Under the pieces are notes generated by a model. It made no database searches, was not told where the DNA came from, and saw only the letters and a program-made list of their open reading frames with translations. The translations under genes were made by a program, and so were the position numbers. Of a stretch of 64,000 nt of DNA, positions 57,367 through 64,000 are shown one piece after another. The DNA is from the human T2T-CHM13v2.0 reference genome, Homo sapiens. The stretch lies in NCBI RefSeq assembly GCF_009914755.1, contig NC_060933.1; one strand, written 5' to 3'. The stretch's first letter is position 1. The number at the start of each line of letters is the position of its first letter.

Positions 57367-58823
57367 ATTCTTAATAGGCATCATATAAGAAGTGAACATA
57401 CTGTTGGAAAATAAAAAAGACAGATGGCCTCCATTGTATCCAACATACCATAAGGGCAAAAATGAACACACACAATTTTGTATGTAAGAATTGGGGGTAA
57501 ATAGAACTTGCCCAGTAGAAATGAAAAAAGTAGAGCGAGATAAATAATGTGGCATATGACTTAGAGGAGATGATCTTCCAACTTGATCTGGCAGCAAACT
57601 TTTCTCCCCTATAGTAGATAGATGCTCCATCTCAATTCAATGCCCTAGCCACTTTTTGCCAAGAGAAATTGACTCAGTTCTCTAAACTAGACAATAGGCC
57701 ATCTATAGGTTTCAATTACTCACAACGAGTGGTCTGATGAGTAGAAAAAAAAGTGTATTCAGTGATCAACTCAAAGAAGAATCTTCCCTAAGGAAATTTT
57801 GATTAGGATTCTCTAATAGCACAGCCAAAGAGAAGATCTAGAAAAAGCAGGCTATGATTAGCAAATAGGGGAGATAAAAAGGATGAAAATCTCATGGTTT
57901 GAATTTGAAAACTGCTTATGTGCCATTTAACACAATAATATGTTGCCAAAAACAGTCAGGCTGTGGAAATCATGACCTGTAATCATCAAAAATAGAGCTT
58001 ATGTTGTCTTCAGCCCCAACAAATTTAAATTTAGGACAGATGATATTTCTAGCCTCATCTCAGCCAAGTCAAAGAGATTGTTTTCCTAATTGTTCCTCGA
58101 GTATGCTTTTCTAAGAACGAAAACCTTTACAAATGTAATTGACTCTTCTAACCAACTGGAGTTGCCAGTTGGTTCTGAGCCGAAGGCCATGTCCAGGGAG
58201 TTCCGTAAACTTTGTTCCGTGCCAAGTATATAATTCTGGTCTCTAAACTTTCACAATATGCTTTGAGAAAGTGGCAAAACAAAGTGAAAATTGTTATGCT
58301 GGTTAAAGCAATTGCTCAATGGAGCCCAAAACTTGTGGAAGAAAATCTTAGATTGAAAACCTTAGATTCCGACTTCATGGATATGACACAGACCATGGTA
58401 CTATAGTGGGTACAGCAGCCTCCAAGACATCTGCCTGCTAAGCTAATGGAACAAAGTTATCCAACCATGAGACTGGGAGTTAAGACTCCTGACTTTAATT
58501 CTGACATATATGATGTATTTGACACACTCTTGCTTCAGTTTTTTTAGACATCACCATCAAATACCATTTTAATTGTTTGGAAATCCTCCAATTAAGGCGC
58601 TCTGTGATTCTATTTTCCCTTTTTGGAAATTCAACAAGGGCTTAGTCACCTACATTATTACAGAGGACCAAAAGTTGAAAAGCTACAATGGAAAATACTT
58701 CAAATATCATTGTGTGACTGCTTAAGCCAGGCTTAGTCTCCTCTTTTGTCCAATATTAAAAGCATTTCTTTTTTCTGATCACATGGTCTAACAGAGAGTG
58801 GTAATTTCAAATAAGAAGTATTG

Positions 58824-59122
58824 TCGGGCATGGTAACTCACGTCTGTAATCCCAGCACTTTAGGAGGCCGAGGCAGGCAGATTGCTTGAGTCTAGGAGTT
58901 TGAGACCAGCTTGGCCATCATGGTGAAACCCCATCTGTACCAAAAATACAAAAATTAGCCAGGCACATAGTGGCACACACCTATAATCCCCACTACTCAG
59001 AAGGCTGAGGCATGAGAATCACTTGAAACCGGGAGGCGAAGGTTGCAGTGAGCCAAGATCGTGCCATTGCACTCTGGCCTGGTCAACAGAGTAAGACTCT
59101 GTTTCACAAAAAGAGAAAAATA
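58824..59122 (+). mobile_element. Alu (Jb/Sz-like)
   Basis: Full dimeric Alu. Confidence 0.92.
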
Positions 59123-59437
59123 TAAATAGTAATTGAAAACTGTATAACAACATAGTACTATGTCCATGTTGCAAAATAAAACAGGCAGATGAGATTTAGC
59201 ACCTGCCTACAGGAATCTATAGTTCATATATTTGAGTTAAATGCATTTTGCACCTACTACATGACAACATAGGCATAATCCCTGCCTTAATGGAGCACAC
59301 AAAATGGTGAACATGATCAATAATTAAACAAGCAATTACAATGCATCATATATGTGGTGTGTTAGAGGAAGCCCAGCATGATGTGAGAGCACAAGCAGGC
59401 ACCTCAGATGAACTTGGAAACTCAGGCAAAGCTTTCT

Positions 59438-59733
59438 GGCCAGGCACAGTGGCTCACACCTGTAATTCCAGCACTGTGGGAGGCTGAGGTGGGCGGATCA
59501 CTGGAGATCAGGAGTTCAACACCATCCTGGCTAACATAGTGAAACCCCGTCTCTACTAAAAATACAAAAACTAGCTGAGCCAGGTGGTGGGTGCCTGTAA
59601 TCCCAGCTACTCAGGAGGCTGAGGCAGAAGAATCATTTGAACCCAGGAGGTAGAGGTTGCAGTGAGCCGAGATTACACCATTGCATTCCAGACTGGGCGA
59701 CAAAGTGAGGCTCTGTCTCAAAAAAAAAAAAAA
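59438..59733 (+). mobile_element. AluSx-like
   Basis: Full Alu, pure A tail, TSD aaaSctttct. Confidence 0.95.
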
Positions 59734-60766
59734 AAACCTTTCTGGAGGAGGCTGAAGTCAGAACAATAAACAGACTTTTCAAGATAAAACAGAGGAATGT
59801 TAGGAATGTTCCCAGTTTTAAAGAAGATTATGCTGGTGAGAGTAGGTGTTTAGTTGTGGCTTATTATTATTCATTCACCAATTCCATAAATATTCATTCA
59901 ATTTACACTATGTTTCAGATATATAGTAAAATAAATTCCCTTTTTAGTTTTATTGTATTAATACTAAAAGTAATAGTATCAAAAATAACATTAGTAAGGT
60001 AAGCACCATATGTTTATTAATTTTGTCTTTCATTCAACAAACACTGGACTGGAATGCCTAAGAAAATAGTTGACATTCATCAAATTATTACTCAAGTTGC
60101 AGACATAAAAGAAGTCAAAATCAGGCAAAGCCTGTGCCCATAACTCATGTCAATTCCATTGGTTAGACAATTATTCATTTGTATTTCAATCTTTTGTGCT
60201 ATGGAAAACATTCTAATTTGAAAAAACATAGAAAGTTGTCAGGTATCTATGAATCGATTCCATTCATTTCATTCACATATAAATACCAACTATACAAAAT
60301 AATGTTAATAATGTCTTGTGGGGTCTAAAATATATATAACATTAAAATGCATGGAAACAGTAACATAAATGGAGATGAGGCAATAATGTGTTAATGTTTA
60401 AAAACACGTTTTCAAAAAAATTATATTTGATTATTTTATGTTTCTGTGGTATAAATACTCACACTATGGCCAATTTCAAACTACCAGTGTTCTAACAACT
60501 GGCTTGCAAAATTCCCAAATATTTATCAGTCAATCTTCAGGAATTGATATAAGCCATTAGCACACTACTGGGTGGAGCTAAAGAGAGAGAAGCTCTTCTA
60601 AGTTTGTTGCATTATCCTGGATATATTTAAAATAATAGTTTATGTTAGGCTCTAATAAATAATAATATATATTGTCATTTCTAAGTAACTATTAAAAGAA
60701 AAAGTAGAAATATGTATGACTAAGGAGTAAATAGAAGGAAAACGGAATAATATGAAATATTTAATT

Positions 60767-61055
60767 GGCTGGGTGTGGTGGCTTACACCTGTAATCCCAG
60801 CATTTTGGGAGGTGGAGGCAGGAGGATCATTTGGGCCCAGAAGTTCAAGATGAGACTGGGCAACATAATGAGACCCTGTCTCTCCAAAACAAAAAATTAG
60901 CTGAGTACGGTGACAGGTTCCTGTAGTCCCAGCTACTTGAAAGACTGAGGTGGGAGGATTGCTTGAGCTCAGAAGGTTGAGGTTTGAGCAATAATTGGGC
61001 CACTGCACTCCAGTCTGGGTAACAGAGTGAGACCCTGTCTCAAAAAAAAAGAAAA
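60767..61055 (+). mobile_element. AluJo-like
   Basis: 13-bp TSD gaaatatttaatt at 60754-60766 and 61056-61068. Confidence 0.93.
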
Positions 61056-63343
61056 GAAATATTTAATTAATCAAAGAGAATGCAAGAAAGGAGAGTGAAA
61101 TGGTGAGACAAATAAAAAGCTGATAAGACTGTAGACTTAAACCAAAATATATCAGTAATTATATTAAGTATAAATGGACTATATACCCTAATTAAATGTC
61201 AAAGTCATAAGGCCTAAAGAAGAAAAATTACATGACCATACAAATGTGCAGAAAAAACATTTGACAATATCAAACACCATTCATGATAAAAACTCTCAGC
61301 AAACTAGGAATAGAGGGAAACTTCAACTTGATGAAGAACATCTGCAAAAATCCAACAGCTAACATTATGCTAAAGTTAGGCTTTCCTGCTAAAATCAGAA
61401 CAAGACAAGGATGTCCTTTCTCACCATTCCTTTTCAACATTCACTGGAAGTCCTAGCTAATGCAATAAGATAAGAAAAGGAAATAAAAGCTGTATTGACG
61501 AGGAAAGAAGGAATAAAACTACATATGTTTACAAAAGACACGATCATCTATGTAGAAAATCTGAAAGAATCTACAAAAAAATTTCTAGAACTAGTAAGCA
61601 ATTATAGCAAGGTTGCAGGATACAAGATTAATATGTTAATTGCTGCTTTTCTATACACCAGCAATTAACAAGTGGAATTTAAAATTAACACATTATCACT
61701 TACATTAGCACTCACAAAAATGAATATTTAAGTGTAAATCTAACAAACTATGTGTAAAATCTATATGAGGAAAACTACAAGTCCGATGAAAGAAATCAAA
61801 GTAGAACTAAATAAAGAAGAGCAATTTCATGTTCATGGATGGAAAGACTCAATATTGTCAAGAAGTCAGTTCTTCCCAACTTGATCTATAGATTTACATC
61901 AATCCCAATCAAAATCCCAGCAAGTTCTTTTGTGAATATTGACAAACTGATTCTAAAGTTTATATGAGAGGCAAAAGACCCACAATAGCCAACTCAATAA
62001 TGAATGAATGTCAGCCAGATTACTGACACTACCTAACTTCTGGACTACTATAAAGCTACAGTTATCAAGACAGTGTGATACTGGCAAAAGACTAGATGAA
62101 CAGAACCCAATAGAGAGCTCAGAAATAGACCCATATACATATATAGTCAGTTGATCTTTGACAAAGGAGAAAAAGCAGTACAATGGAGCAACAAATGGTG
62201 CTGAACAACTGGACATCCTTTTGAACATCAGACCTTACATTCTTCATAAGATTTAACTCAAAATGGATCATAGAGTAAAACACAAAACTATAAAACTTTA
62301 AAAAAAATGATATTGAAGAAAATCTAGGGTCCTTGGATATGGCCATAACTTTTTAGATACAACACCAAAGAAAGGCACAACCCATGAAAGAAATAATTGA
62401 CGAGCTAAAAGCTTCTTCTCATTGAATAACAATGTCAAGAACATTAGAAGACAAATCACAAGTTGGGAAAAAAAATTGGAAAAGATATATTTGATAAAGG
62501 ACTGTTATCTAAAATATACAAAGAATTCCTACGACTCAACAATAAGGAAATGAACAATCCAATTTAAAAAGTGAGCAAAAGATCTGACTAGACACCTCAC
62601 CAAACAAGATACACAGATGGCAAGTGAGCAAATGATGTTTATTATGATATTCATCATATATCATTAGGCAATTGCAAGCTAGAACAATATGGAGATACCA
62701 CTATACACTATTAAAATGACCAAAATTCAGAACATTGACAACGCCAAAGCTGTCGAGGATGTGCAGCAACAGGAACTCTCATTCATTGCTGGTGGGAATG
62801 CAAAATGGTACTTTGGAAGACAGTTTGGCAGTCTCTCACAAAACCAAACATACTCTTACCATGTGATTTTGAAACCATACTCCTCAGTATTTACCCAAGT
62901 GAATTGAAAACTTATGTCCACACAAAAACCTGTACGTGGATGTTTATGGCAGCTTTATTCATAATTGCCAAAACTTGGAAGCAACGAGGATGTCCTTCAG
63001 TAGGTGAACGGCTAAATAAACTATAGTACATTCAGAAAATGGAATATTATTCAATGCTAAAGAAAAATGAGCTATCAAGCAATGAAAGACATGGAGGAAA
63101 CTTAAATGCATACCACTAAGTGAACTAAGCCAATCTGAAAAGTCTATAAACTGTATATAACTATGTGACATCTCAGAAAAAGAAAAACTATGGAGACAAT
63201 AAAAAGATCAATGGTTGCTAAGGGTTGAGGGGATGGAGGGATGAATAGGTAGAGCACAGAGGAATTTTAGGGTAGTAAAACTATTCTATATACTACAATG
63301 GTGGATATATGTTGCTATACGTTTGTTAAAACCCAGAAAATGT

Positions 63344-63512
63344 TCCAGCATGGGCAACATAGCAAGGCCTCATCTCTACAATTTTTCTTTTTAATTAGCT
63401 GGTCGTGGTGGTGCAAGCCTGTAGTCCCAGCTACTCAGAAAGATGAGGTGGGAGGATTGCTTGAGTCCAGGAGGTCAAGGTTGCAGTGAGCTATGACCAT
63501 GCCACTGCACTC
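63344..63512 (+). mobile_element. AluJ fragment truncated at both ends
   Basis: tccagcatgggcaacatagc...gccactgcactc; no tail, no TSD. Confidence 0.85.
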
Positions 63513-64000
63513 TACACCAAGAATGAATCTTAAAGTAAACTATGGACTTTGGGTCATAATGATACCCTGGTGCTAATTCATGGACTGTAACAAATCCCCC
63601 ACTCTGCTCCAGATGTCAATAACAGGAGAGACTATGCACATGTAGTGACAGGAGGTATATGGGAACACTGTACTTCTGCTCAATTTTGCTGTGAACCTAA
63701 AACTACCCTAAAAAATTAAGCTTATTAATTTAAAAAAACGTACTTAACAGGAAGGTCAATCGCAGCAACTCCACAGTCCATAGTGTCATCAATTATCCCA
63801 AGTTACTTCTTTCTTTCTGCTCTGCCAGTCTCAGTGTGTGGCCCTCACACTCATGGTCTCTTTATGGCCTCAAGATGGGAATTTTACTTCCATCCCCATC
63901 TCAACCCTCCAATCAAGAAGAAGAACAAGGAAGTGACAAGAGGAAAGGCAGGCACCACTATTAGGAAAGGAAAACTTTTCCAGAAATCACTGCAGGCTTT

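Larger units (their letters stand above)
60280..63738 (+). mobile_element. L1MC-like LINE fragments (ORF2 plus 3'UTR), interrupted by Alus
   Basis: Degenerate RT region and 3' end ctcaattttgctgtgaacctaaaact. Confidence 0.85.

Noticed and set aside
58151-58175. 10-bp stem hairpin aaccaactgg/ccagttggtt
   Set aside because: Compatible with chance; too short for a pre-miRNA

Overview
Primate (human-like) genomic DNA, AT-rich and mostly transposon-derived; there are no prokaryotic features. Secure content: many Alus (J, S and Y lineages), MIR/L2/old L1 fragments, several MaLR/ERV solo LTRs, DNA-transposon fossils including a piggyBac MER85, a full-length dead L1PA (about PA5-6, 46021-52447) with an Alu inserted in ORF1, and a full-length processed RPL35A pseudogene (40000-40442). 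The only candidate host-gene structure is at the left end: the probable 5' end of an unidentified minus-strand spliced gene. It has a MEF2/TATA element at 3561-3570, two candidate first exons that both end in phase 2, and a 26/54-nt micro-exon at 1636 that is open only in that phase. Other leads: an intact L1 antisense ORF0 whose retained donor is in phase with that micro-exon; a MER85 keeping its CSB-PGBD3 palindrome; a locally templated insertion bracketed by 26-bp repeats; a doubly truncated, possibly circularly permuted Alu fragment; and a strong CTCF motif. Repeat subfamily names are from recalled consensus motifs, and boundaries of old elements are approximate. The sequence alone does not demonstrate a new biological system.
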